A stretch of DNA of 34,827 nt from Welwitschia mirabilis (lineage: Eukaryota): contig JBOZIK010000001.1 in NCBI GenBank assembly GCA_051453625.1, forward strand, positions 4,480,280 through 4,515,106. Reading direction: 5' to 3'. Below the pieces are notes generated by a model. That model was not told where the DNA came from. It made no database searches and worked only from the letters and a program-made list of their open reading frames with translations. Below are positions 1 through 11,074 of the stretch, one piece after another (position 1 is the stretch's first letter; each line of letters begins with the position of its first letter). Both the position numbers and the translations under genes were made by a program.

Positions 1-165
1 ACCCCCACCCCCATCACTCCCACCCCCACCGTTACCCTGATGCCAATCCCTCTCTCCACACATATCCAACACTACTCTGCCGCATCCATTCCTCAGCACT
101 TGGAGTGTGCCAAGAACTTGTAGAGCTTCTTTCAGATCTTCCTCCTTTTGCTCCACTAAACACAT
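1..165 (-). CDS. Probable N-terminus of a host protein, running off the left edge (MCLVEQKEEDLKEALQVLGTLQVLRNGCGRVVLDMCGERDWHQGNGGGGSDGGGG...); possibly an LHW/LHL-family bHLH judged only from the upstream uORF
   Basis: ATG at 165-163 with 55 open codons to the edge, ending in a poly-Gly tract; in-frame TGA at 180-178 upstream; candidate acceptors ttctcatAG (190-189) and tgtcccctAG (248-247). No diagnostic domain lies inside the window. Confidence 0.5.
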   Translation of the reverse strand, partial: MCLVEQKEEDLKEALQVLGTLQVLRNGCGRVVLDMCGERDWHQGNGGGGSDGGGG

Positions 166-2162
166 ATATTGGACGTGTCAAGCCATGCCTATGAGAAAAT
201 TGGGACTTTGTACACCTCCCTTGTGACTTCTCTAACTTCAACTTTCCTAGGGGACAATAAGATAGTAGTACATCATGATTCAACATCCAACATTTGTGAA
301 AAAGCAGGCAAAACAGGCATTGACCCCAATACTCCAATAAGCTAAGCATTACGAGTGCTAGAAGCCCTGACGGTCCTCATTTTGTCATGCAAGCATATTT
401 GAATCAAGGAGTCTCTAAACAACAAACATGCAGAAAAAAGCCCTAAACCATAGCATTCCATATCCGGGGCAACAAACCATAAGTGCAACGAGTTTAGAGA
501 GATATGTTTGAAATGTTTTATCCATAAGCTACAATAAACTGAGTTGTATGTCTCCACCAAAGATAGCAACATGAGGTTTAGTTTTCTCCTTGCCCATATG
601 GATGAAAGGGGTGAGTAAATATAACCCCGCTATGAGTGACTGATCGGCATATTTGGTGTATGTCCTTTGCTGTCAAATTTGTTCCTAAGCATGTGCAAGC
701 CTCTAACTATAACCATTTTTGTTCTTGAATAACAGTTTGGTTTATGTCGCTTGGATCCTGTCCAGGGGGTTATTAGGATTCTGGAAGGCTCGGTTGCCTA
801 ATCCTCCTCGGTTTTCAAAAGGTAGTCTCCATTCAAAATAGAGTTGACAGCCATACTGCGCCTCTGAGAAAACTAGAGCCTCTTGTCCTCTAACTTTCCT
901 CTTCCCCATGGGAATACTGAAAAAGTACATAAGTAAATACACAAATACTAACATAACACAAGTTCTCCCCTGTCAGTGTACCACATTGAGTGCTGTGCTG
1001 GAAAAGACAAGGAAGCAAAGCATGCAGTCTAAGATGGGAACGGTATAGCTTGAGGCCCAGTGCCCGCTATCCCTGGCAATTTTTCGGTAGACTCAAATCA
1101 GTAAAAATAAAGTTTGGTCTATAAATCAGAAAGAAGAGTTATGGAAAAGTATATTCTTGAGCAAGAGATCAAGCAATATTACAGCTCCTACAAGCAACTT
1201 TGCGGTGTTGTTCAAGAGGCTGGATTTGGATCCAAAATAAAAGAAGAAAACGGAGAATCTCATGTTGTTGAAGCAATTCAAACAGAGAAAGAGGAAGATC
1301 CAACTTCATTTCCTTGTTTCATTCTTTCTTTCTCTGCACGACATTTCTGGCAAGTTTTGCTTTCCCTTATCAATCCAATCCAACATAGGAGCACTGATAT
1401 TTGAATTCATCTCTTCAATTACTTTTTTAATTGAATGGATAATACAGGTATCTGTAACAGACATTCGCAGTGTAATATAACTCCAAGTCTCCAGTGTTAA
1501 TCATTCGCTATGTCAGATTTATAGTTTCCTATAATCCCTTAAACTATACTCTTCCCACAATCATTAAACACAAACACTCCTCTTAAAGTAAAACCTCAAG
1601 TGTTAGAAACCCAGACTCATTTCTGGTTTCTTATGCACGCATGTGATTTCTAGCAAGAAGGATTATACTTGCGTCCTAACAAAAAATGACTCTGTTATGC
1701 TCTAAACACTAGCCAGTCGACGAACAAGACTCCCGGCTGGTTATCTACGGCTCCCCTTTTTTGTTCCCCCGCGATTTGCAAATCAGGCCTTTTGCAGCTT
1801 CCTTCCAATCCTGGACCTACACAGTACGTCCCCTGAAGATAAAATTTCCATCCCTGTGCATGTCATCTGTCCTGTCTGACGAAAAGTGGACCTGTTTCGA
1901 TCTGAATCACAACAGAAAAAAGAGGATAGGAAGCTTTTCTGCATATGCTGCTAGACCGTTTTCGGGGCATTAGTAAAATAGCAAAACGATCTCGAAATCG
2001 TACGCCATACGCAGAGAAGATTCAATCGATTAAACAGCATTTCGGAAAAGAAACGTAAAACCAGATGGAAAGTTTTCTTGCCTTGTGCACTATGCGTGCG
2101 GCAGCCAAATCTGCTAGAGATTTTTCCTGTGTCTTTGGTGAGGTGTGGATCAACGAAGAAAT

Positions 2163-2294
2163 TCAAACTGCAGAGCTTGTACACTTAAAGTATAACGTTG
2201 TACAGAATTCCAACTCGAAGTTTCTGGTGATAAGAGCGACACGTAGAATAAACGGGCAAAAAGAGCAGGGATTTGGTCTACGTTCAAGCACCAT
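2163..2294 (-). CDS. 43-aa upstream ORF MVLERRPNPCSFCPFILRVALITRNFELEFCTTLYFKCTSSAV; candidate conserved-peptide uORF (homology group 2, LHW/bHLH155/EMB1444 type)
   Basis: Hand translation from ATG 2294-2292 to TGA 2165-2163 (too short for the ORF track). The ERRPxP...CPFILRVA motif matches my recollection of LHW-family CPuORFs. It lies in the CpG-rich putative first exon. Confidence 0.6.
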   Translation of the reverse strand: MVLERRPNPCSFCPFILRVALITRNFELEFCTTLYFKCTSSAV

Positions 2295-2336
2295 TGAGCG
2301 CGAGCGGGGTGGCACCAGAAGACTCGCAACATGATT

Positions 2337-2347
2337 CACGTCATTGG
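2337..2347 (-). promoter_or_regulatory. Overlapping CCAAT box and TGACGTG (bZIP/ACGT-core) motif in the putative proximal promoter
   Basis: Minus strand reads CCAATGACGTG about 45 nt upstream of the uORF ATG, inside a CpG-retaining region (~1700-2550). Short motif that could occur by chance. Confidence 0.3.
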
Positions 2348-2979
2348 TGATGTCACGAGGGCTGAGATAGTTTTACCATATCCCTCTTCGTTTGACTAGC
2401 CTGTCAATAGTTTGAGTGTTCCAGAAACTTACACGCAGGAGGTTATTAGTGGAAAAACTCTGACACAGCTCGTACTTCGTTAAAGGCAGAGGTCGATTTG
2501 AAGTTGTTTTTTTTCAGAAAAAAATATTTGAGCGACGCAGCTTCTAGACTAAATCAAATGGGAGTGGGCTAAACAACTTTCTATCTCCTATTAAATGAGG
2601 TGTACAAATTAAATACACTATAAGTTTGAAATGTATATGCGACGTGTCATCACCCTAATGCATGTAGTTTAGCCTCTTCGAAATCAAATTAGTTTCTTTT
2701 TATTTCCTTTAAAGATTTTGTATTTATTGTATTCTTTTATCTTTTTCCTTTATAACTATGTTACGTGGCTTTAATTTTAATCTTGGATTTACATAGCAGA
2801 AAATTGAGAAAATTTGGTAATGCAAATTAGAGAAGGTTCTCGTAATTGCAAAGATTTTGTGTTATGAATTAAGGAAGCCTTTCTATAATTGCTAAGATTT
2901 GGTCAAGAGAGGATTTTATGTAACTACAACAATGCAAAGATTCGAAACTTTACAATAACCTCACTCTCTATGGGGATTA

Positions 2980-4620
2980 AAATGCTAGAAATGCTTTTGA
3001 ATATGACTCTCAAGGAGCCTCACCATGTAATTCCTAAGGCGCAACATCTTGGTAATCTTTCCTCATAGTATATTTTCTTGCAAATCTTAGGTCTCTTCGA
3101 TAATTGATGTCTTTCCTTGAATAAATTAATTTGGTTTTATCACATATCTAAGCCCTTTCATGCAAAATATATTGCTTAGAATTTTTTACTAATTGAATTC
3201 TTTGAAATCTCTATAGTAAAGAAATTTATTTCCTTACCTACTTTTGTAAATGATCATATTGTTTTAATAGTTTGATAATGAAAACTAAATTTTGATGTCC
3301 ATGATCATGCATATCTTCATGTGCCTTATTTCATAGAATTGCCAAATTTGCTTCTTTATTTTAAGAAATTCAAGACTAAGATTTTTAAACTTCTTAGATT
3401 GCTTATTGATTCAAACGTTTTTTTTTCTTCCTTTGGAACTAGAACAAGGTATTTCATTAATATAGAATTGAATAACAATTAGAAAGTTTTGTCCCTTAAA
3501 GCTAGCCCTATTACCCATCAAAAATGCATTGTCTATTTAATATTTCGAATTCTATATCTATTACCATAAAGAAGGTTTTTTATTTAATCATTTTTCCCTC
3601 TTCTAACAAAAGAAGTCACTCGTGAACTTCATTAGAACAAGGCTCAAACTTCTCCTACTTTAAGGCTAATTTTTTGTCAAAATGCTTTATCTGGTGGTGA
3701 AAAGCATGTAGCACAGAAACACAAGATATTCAATCTTATTCAACCATCAAAAGAGAAGAAGTGGATGCTCCTTTATTTAGAAAGCCTTTAGTTCTAGAAA
3801 ATGCAACACTCTTGTTTCAAATGGTGATCTGAAAAGTAATAAAAAATGAACTGCAGAAGACTTTTAAATGGTGAAATCATGTAAACAACATAGTCATGAT
3901 GGACCTATAAAGAAGACTAATTTTTTTTAATAACAATTATCTTGTGATAAAAGCCTTATAGGACAACATCCAAACCTCTAATCAGTTTCAAGTTTTAAGA
4001 GAAAACTACAGAATCACATGGACCTTAACCACAGCCTAATGTTTGATTTCTCTAATAAAGCAAGGGCATCAATGTGCCCATGATTATGTATTCTTGGGAT
4101 GTTGACCGGATTGTAGATAGCCTTCAAAAAATAAGAACTAATAATTTCATTTAACATCCTTCCTTATCTCCTACTTTAATAATATTACAAGAAGTCAAAA
4201 TCTTTAAAGAAGAAATGAACTTTAGTGGGAAGATTATTACAAATAGTTTTATGTTTATCACAAAACACTGTATTAGTAGAGGTGGCTTTTTTATCATTCT
4301 TCACTCACATAACTAGTTTAAAGTAGTCCAAAATGATCATGATTCTTAAAACAAATGTAGGTGAGCATTTTTTTTGCCTTCCTCTCATAGAGTTCATAAA
4401 ATCTACTTTATTTATTCTATAAACAAAGCTTTTATAAGAGTCACCTTATGTTTAGAGTTGATTTTCTTTTAAATGTTTCTTGAAATCTTGGTGGAGATTT
4501 TAATATGATGAAGAATTTGTTTGATAGTACTAAAGACTTCTATTTTCATGTGGATTCCTCAAAGAATAAAGAGGGGAACTGGTGTCTGATCTCCTCTTAA
4601 AGAGTGGTTTTGTATTATTA
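2980..4620 (+). mobile_element. Very old, highly degenerate LINE (L1-like) ORF2 3' remnant
   Basis: Motif relics in LINE order: TFVNDHIVL (~3240-3265, like FADD), KGINVP (~4062-4080, like zf-RVT), and WIP...KEGNW (~4552-4595, like the RNase H REGNxxAD motif). Many stops and frameshifts; boundaries approximate. Confidence 0.35.
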
Positions 4621-5099
4621 ATTACCTTTCACAATGTCATTTTTTTTTTCTTGAGGAGTCTTTTTATAGTTGATCATGTTTAGGATGTGATCATATCCTT
4701 TAATGCCTTGAGATATTTTGTTTTTCTTTTATTTATTTTTAAAATTAAAATGCTTCTATTAAGGTCTAAAGTAATTGCTTACTGTTAAATCGTTATGCCA
4801 TTTATTGATAGGTTGACTTTGGTTGTTCAAATAAGTAAAATCATTTTTCTGTCTTTAGATTACATAGAAATGCCTATAATTATAAATTTAATAAAACTAT
4901 TTTGCATATTTTATGGAATGCAAATCCTTGTCTAAGTGATAATATTAAATAGATTTCAGAATGAATCTATGCTATGTGTCATATCTAGAAAAATTCAAAA
5001 AATATTAGTAAATAAACAATATTCAAAAACATATTCAATCATTCAACAATGTACATATTTAGTTATATCCTTTTGAGTATCACCTCCATAAGAAGTCTT

Positions 5100-5420
5100 A
5101 GAAATTAAGAATTTTTAAGTTTTTAGGAAATCTACATTGTTAAAAATGATACTATTAAGAGCAAAGTTTCTTGGCTTAACATGCAAGGTGTCAATTATAA
5201 AGAAATATTTAAGTTCCTTAAGAAAGTATTGGAACATTGAACAAAATATTTAGGTTCATTCTAAACATGTTCATAACTAAGTGGCTATTCAAGAATGCCT
5301 TTAGACATTTAACAATGTATGTCAACAATTTCTATTGCTATAGCACAAAATTTGTCTTTTTGTTTTCTTGGAAAAGGTCATTTCTATTAAAGCATACAGA
5401 ACTGTTCAGAGCTTGCAATT
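5100..5420 (+). mobile_element. Degenerate Ty1/copia reverse transcriptase fragment
   Basis: LRAKFLGL...MQGVNYKEIF (~5155-5210) resembles copia KARLVAxG..QxEGIDYxETF; FKNAF (~5288-5302) resembles DVKNAF; MYVNN (~5315-5329) resembles YVDD. Confidence 0.4.
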
Positions 5421-5749
5421 TCATTTAGGTTAAAAAAAGGGGGTTTCACCCACCATTCTAAAAACAATTACTATTTAGTCAACTTAAATTACTAGAGGAC
5501 TAGAAAAGAGGAAGTAATTAAAGTCTAACACTTAAATCCTACACAAAGAAAAGAAAACATAACATAACAATAAAGGTCTTAGACAAAATAGAGAATGAGG
5601 TTCGTTTGCGGTTAAGGAGGCTAAAGCCAGTGCCCATGCTTCTACACCAGCTTATCGTTGTGCATGAAGTGGTAGCATGCATCAGCATAGTTGTTGGCTA
5701 GAATATCCTTTGTTACATTGATCTCAAACATTCTTTTCATGGCTTTTTC

Positions 5750-6960
5750 AATTTAATCTTTATGTTTATCTGGTGTCACTTTAGCATCATACACCTATGC
5801 ACATTAATTATTTCTTCGTGTGAAGTGTTAAGAAGAGTTCCCAAATTCTCATAATTATCTTTTCATACTTTTGCTACCTCTACTTCACTATAATCTAGCT
5901 CCCCATTAGATTCATATCTCTCTTCACACTTTGACTGCTTTTCTTCTGAGTAGCTTTCCTTGGATGATAAGCTCAACCTCTCTTATCGAGCTTTACTCTT
6001 ACTATTTGCATCCCCTCTCTGAGAAGACTCTAGTTTCTAGTCCTTGCCCTTGACAGGGACTTCTTCTTTGCTCTTATTGAGAATTATCACTTCCTCCTCA
6101 TTTTGCTTGCTTCTTTACCCTTTCGTCTCTTCACAGGGGATTTGTCATGTTGCTTTCTCTTCTAGCTAGTTACTTGCTCCTCAGTTAGCTCTTAGGGTAG
6201 GTGAATGGTGTCCTGCCTCTATACCACCCTACTACTCCTCCATTGATCCCTCCATTTGAACCTCCTTCACTCAATTCCCCTCTCTTTTCGCTCTTAACCT
6301 AGCCCATTTGCAGAATGAAAAGGAAGTAAGTAGGTCTACCCTCTTTGTCTTTCTACTTCTTTGGTCCTTCCTCATAGATCCTTAGGTAGGATCCCTTCTT
6401 GCTATAACTTCAACCTTTATAAAGTCCACATGTTTCTTAACCAATCCCAAGCGTCGCTTTTTCACATTACTTTTTAGCCTCATTGTTAGGAAGAATGGCA
6501 GACTCATCCTTCTCCCATCTCTAAAGGCAAGTAAGAAATTAAAATGCAAGCCCTTCAACTTTGACTCGTTTCCATCCTATTCAAAATACCTATCAATAAA
6601 CTTAGTAGTTATTTTACAAGGCTCAAAAATCTCAGATTTCCAAATAAAACCCTTCTCAGTTTACGTTGCTTTTTGCTTGAATAACTTATCCATGTCATTA
6701 AATCTCATGAATGAGGGTAGTAAACATTCCCCTTCTTCTTATAACCCTGTTGTCCAATCCACTAACTACTGGGTGATGGGGATCTACCTTCTTCCTACCA
6801 CTAACTTACCCTATACAATCACTTTGTTTGATAGAAATCTAGCGTCTTCTTTCAATTTAGTTAGTGGGTCCCACCCAAGAACCATGATTTTGCTTCACAG
6901 CCCTTCATTACCACTAAATTTTCCACTATCCCTCAGTTCATGCTATGGATGTTGCTTCAT
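5750..6960 (-). pseudogene. Decayed accessory ORF directly downstream of LINE ORF2, similar to uncharacterised plant retroelement accessory proteins, with a K/E/R-rich low-complexity tail
   Basis: One frame from ATG 6960 to at least 6361, broken only by point stops: MKQHP*HELRDSGKFSGNEGL*SKIMVLGWDPLTKL...DWTTGL*EEGECL...EPCKITTKFIDRYFE*DGNESKLKGLHFNFLLAFRDGRRMSLPFFLTMRL...HVDFIK. The 3' end is approximate. Confidence 0.65.
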
Positions 6961-6984
6961 CGTTCTTAGTAGGAGGACCAACTA

Positions 6985-9485
6985 AAGTTTCCTTCTAATT
7001 TTCTCTCTTATGACCCCGATGTCTGGGCTTATATTCTAGGAAATCTTTTGATTATAGGTTACCTAAATAAACCATAAAATTATGTTAATAAATTTCCTTA
7101 GAGTACAAATTAATTATGCCCAACTTATCTTTAGGTTAACCCCTTTCTAAACCTCCCGTGTAACCAACAAGCCTAGAATAAGTGTTCTGAGGACTTAACT
7201 CTCTCATAGTGATAACATGTATCCATTGTAGAATATCCCTTTTTCCATAGATTACCTACTAATAGCACATATTTATTGAAAATATGTCATCTTGATATCA
7301 TTTATTTTCCCATGAAAGATTTCTTTCAAATATTATAAAGCAGTTCATTAATATTCTTTTAATTAGTAGAGCCTCCAAGATGATTAGCTTTTGATCTAGA
7401 GTTTGATGGTATCTCTATCTAATTAGGGTGATTTGCATGCCCATAATTTCTTTCTCCAAGACTAGAATATCCTTATTGATATTTTTGCTTTCTGAGTGGA
7501 GTAGATTCCCCTTGCTCTTGTAATCCTTTGCTCTCCACCCAACTGAAGTTTTTCACTAGATTTTTGTTGGCCTAATGTCCTCTACCTCCTTTAGTTTCTT
7601 GTTCTGTAATACTTTAGAAGACCAAGAGGGGATATCCTTGTTTCCAATCTTCTAGTCACGAGAGCTTCCAACTAAGCTCGTTCTTTACACAATGCTTTGC
7701 AAAAGGGGGAATATCCCTACCTTGATTCCTAATTCTTATACTTTCTTTTTTTAAAATTTTTAACCAAGGCTATTTTTCTCTTACTTTAATTTTGGAGATT
7801 ACTTTTTCCTAAGCTATGACAATACTATTCATTATATCTTGAATGTTCCATCCTTCAAATTCGACTAGATTCACTATCTCCTTTCATGCTGCTGCATGAA
7901 CTCACGAAGTTTCTTTACTCCCACTCTAAATGAAGTTTTTGATTAATCTATTTAGCATATTCTTGATTTTCTCTATCAACATCCTTGTAGATGCTTTGTA
8001 TCTTGCTATTGTCAAAATAACAGAATTCATCAAAATGACGCTTCCATTACTTGATAGAAATATGATATCCTAGCCACTACATATTCTTTCTATTTTTAAT
8101 AGAAGCCCTTCCCAGGACTTAAATTTGTTTTAGTTAATCCTTAGTATCCCCAAATGGAGATCTTTTTTGTTTTCTATTTGGATATCCAACATTCTTTCTA
8201 TTGCTTTTTGTGCACTTGACTAAGTATTAACCAAATAGATCCTTCTTTTATGCCATCTTATACCTAGTTCCAATTTTTTCTAAAACATTTCTAGCTCTTT
8301 TTGAATTGCTCTTATTTGTTTCACATTTACCTTTGTGAAGACAACTGAGTCATTAGTAAATTGATTACACATTACCTCTATATTATGGATCTTAATTTCA
8401 CATTACTTCTATATTATGGTTCTTAATCCTCATTCCCTCCATCTAAGTAAAATAATCGTGCATAATACTTAGAATAATAATAAATAAATAAGGGGACAAA
8501 GGGTCATCCTCTCTTAATCCCCTACCTATACTTAAGAAACCATGAGTAGATTGAATACTTTTTATGCTAAATCTTTCTCAGGTTTGCATTTACATTACTA
8601 GCTTCATAAATTTCTAAGGAAAGCCTTTGGTAGCAAGGATGTGTTTCAAGAAAGTCCATGATAGACTATCATACACCTTTTTAATGTCCAATGTTAACAC
8701 ATAGACCCTTCTCTTGTACTTTTGAATAGAGTGGAAGATCCCTCTCGATTCCCTTAAATTATCTTTTATAGCATTAATTTAATCCATGCAATCAAGGCTT
8801 TGGAAAATAGTTTGTAGATGATATTACAGGTCCCTATGGGTTTAAATTCATTAATGTCTATCACCTCCTGTGATTTTTTGATTATAATAACATGGATGTT
8901 ATTCCAACTATAGGGGATTGCTCCTAGCTAAAGGTCCTTATTGAAAGCCAACTCCATTAATCTTCCTCTTACATTTCAATACTTTTTAAAAAACTATATT
9001 GTTCACCCACTCTACTCTAGACTCTTATTAGATTTCATCTCACTTAACACTTTTCAAAATTCTTCCTTTTTCAGCTTTCTTAGAGGGTTCTTTTCTCTCC
9101 AACAGCTAGGCTAGAAAGCAGAGCACTCTTCTGGGATCTATTCCTTCCATAGCTCTTGCAAGTGGCTTAGGAATGCTCCTTAAACGTTTTTCCTTTTTAT
9201 ACATTTGTTCTTTCTAGGTAAATTTTTCTATGTTATTATTTACCACTTTAAAAAACTATTTCATATGCATATCCCCATTCTTTAGCCAATTTATATGAGA
9301 TTGTTATTTTCAGTAAACTTCTTCTTTCTTGGTTATGTTGTGTAGTTTCCATAGCCTCTTTCACTCTTCTTTATGTAGGTCTTCGTCTTGCTCCTGCCTC
9401 CACTGTATCTTTCTTAGCTCTTCTTATAATTTTTATTTCACTCAGGCTCTATGATTCCATATTTTCCTCTACTCCTTAAGCCATC
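6985..9485 (-). pseudogene. LINE ORF2 (reverse transcriptase plus zf-RVT), decayed
   Basis: Minus-strand motifs in order: WLKNGD..FF (~9290-9255), EFKPIGTCNIIYKLFSK (~8850-8800), LDIKKVYDSLSW (~8692-8657), RGLREDDPLSPYLF (~8523-8482), QFTNDSVVF (~8362-8336, like FADD), HLGI (~8157-8146), LMNSVIL (~8035-8015), C..YERVKSSEHLF (~7217-7177, zf-RVT). Confidence 0.92.
8368..8429. repeat. 31-bp tandem duplication inside the LINE RT
   Basis: cacattacctctatattatggatcttaattt followed by cacattacttctatattatggttcttaatcc. Confidence 0.85.
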
Positions 9486-10566
9486 TGTTGTGGTGTGCAT
9501 TTATACAACATTTACGTCCTGAGTAGAATCCTATTACTCACAAATGATAATGCACAAACACAACACACTAATATAAATGGGAGTTGACCCGAATGTCATA
9601 ATCCATCGAAGGTCAAAGCAGGAAATAAGAAAGTTTCTTTCCAAAGAAATACTTGTATCCTAATCTACAGAAATAGCTAGCAATGCATGAAAGTAAAGTA
9701 AAACACACTCATGTAAAGCTAATCTAAGAAAAGGAAACAATAATGCACTTAACCTAAACTACCAAAGCACAACCTTAATAAATGTTGCCCTCATAACCTA
9801 TATCACTAAAGAAACTATCACCAGATTAGAAGCAACATAAGTTATGAGGGTGAGAAGTGATCACACATTGAAAGCATAAAAGGAAATGTTTTGTATTAAG
9901 AATTAAACTACATCCATGTTATAAAGTAGCCACACCTTAATAGAGGAAACACCACCCAATACCAAGGAAATGGCTCTTTAAAGCTACAAGATGAAGCTTT
10001 GGCCCTTCGATCTCTTATCACAAGAATTTTAGGTGCAACCAAAGATAAGAAGGAGGTGAGGGTGAGATCTCTATTTATTGACTCAAATACATAACAACAA
10101 AGATAGAAAGATCTGGGTAAACCGTAATGGCCATACAAAGAAAAAACAAAAATACAAGTAGTGAATGTTCAGTACAGACATTACAATAGTGTCATTCGGC
10201 TAGTCGTCTAGATGATAAAAAGACGATGCCACCTCATAATCAATCCACATCAATTACTAGTTAGACTTCAGTTAGCATCTAGCTAGCACGATTGTCCATA
10301 CAATCATCCAGAGAATGAGGTGGATGATAACCTTTAATAATTCTTTAATCATTGCATTAGCCTCAATGTTTGCAGGAAGTTATCTTCAAAAATATAAAGT
10401 GTTCATATTTGTTTAGAATGCTTATGAATTATCATGGAGATTGCATATTTCCATCCTTTTCATCCTAGCTCTCCATTATCATGGAAACCAAGCATACAAT
10501 TATCTATTTACTTGTAAAAGAAACTCAAAATACCCTATCAAAAATGTGTAAGTTAGTAGCGTAACA
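9486..10566 (-). repeat. 3' LTR (~1.08 kb) of a minus-strand Athila-like element
   Basis: Starts TGTTG where LINE coding sequence stops and ends TAACA; followed by a PPT; homologous to 31833-33026 (e.g. gagttgacccgaatgtcataatcc vs gagttcactcgaatgtcataatcc, and at the right end). Confidence 0.8.
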
Positions 10567-10581
10567 TAGCTCCTCACTTAG
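10567..10581 (-). other. Polypurine tract of Athila-like element A
   Basis: Minus strand CTAAGTGAGGAGCTA directly abuts the LTR start TGTTA; the same arrangement occurs at 33027-33041. Confidence 0.7.
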
Positions 10582-11074
10582 CCTTGTCAGTCCTTGACAA
10601 AACTAAGTAATAAACCATGATTATGAGCCAACTTGTTTAACAATAAAATAGCTAAGGTACTAAAGAAATTATCTCAAAAAATTTTTCAAGAATTTCAGAG
10701 CTACAAACTAAATCATAAGAAATTAGAAAACTAAACATTTAACATGATTTAAAGACTAGTCATACCATCGTTTGAGTCATTGTCTGGATGATAGTAGGGA
10801 TGATAGGCTTAAAAATGATCTTTGAAAAAGAGCAACCTATGACAGAAATTTTTCAGATAAATAATGAGTTAATAAATAAAACCCCCCCAATGAATTATAT
10901 AGTAATGAATAAAAGATTACCCAAATGAAATTAGTCCTCATCATAACGTGTGAAAAATAAAGATAATCAGATAAAAAAGATACACCATGCTAAACTCAAA
11001 AATGATATGTATATAAATAATGAGTTTTAGTACAAAATACATAAAGGGAAAAATACAAAATATCAAAAAATCAC

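Larger units (their letters stand above)
5430..9485 (-). mobile_element. L1-type LINE (degenerate), cut at 9485 by an LTR insertion; contains ORF2 and a downstream extra ORF
   Basis: Collinear ORF2 motifs (next feature), followed by a further decayed ORF and an AT-rich 3' region. The 3' boundary near 5430 is inferred; no poly(A) tail is visible. Confidence 0.75.

Noticed and set aside
1-30. G-quadruplex-like G tracts on the minus strand
   Set aside because: Explained by poly-Gly codons (GGT/GGG).
32-349. 105-aa ORF as the main coding frame
   Set aside because: Its N-terminal part looks intronic and has no recognisable domain; the frame starting at 165 stays open to the window edge. At most an overlapping uORF.
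1114-2334. Plus-strand ORFs 1114-1404, 1262-1480, 1761-1973 and 2065-2334 as a gene
   Set aside because: No recognisable motifs; the splice signals and the uORF point to minus-strand transcription.
2578-2680. Helitron-like 5' end (tctatctcctattaaa...gacgtgtc)
   Set aside because: No matching 3' hairpin plus CTRR terminus could be assigned.
2815-2945. Loose repeats of taattgcaaagattt
   Set aside because: Too short and degenerate in AT-rich sequence to support any structure.
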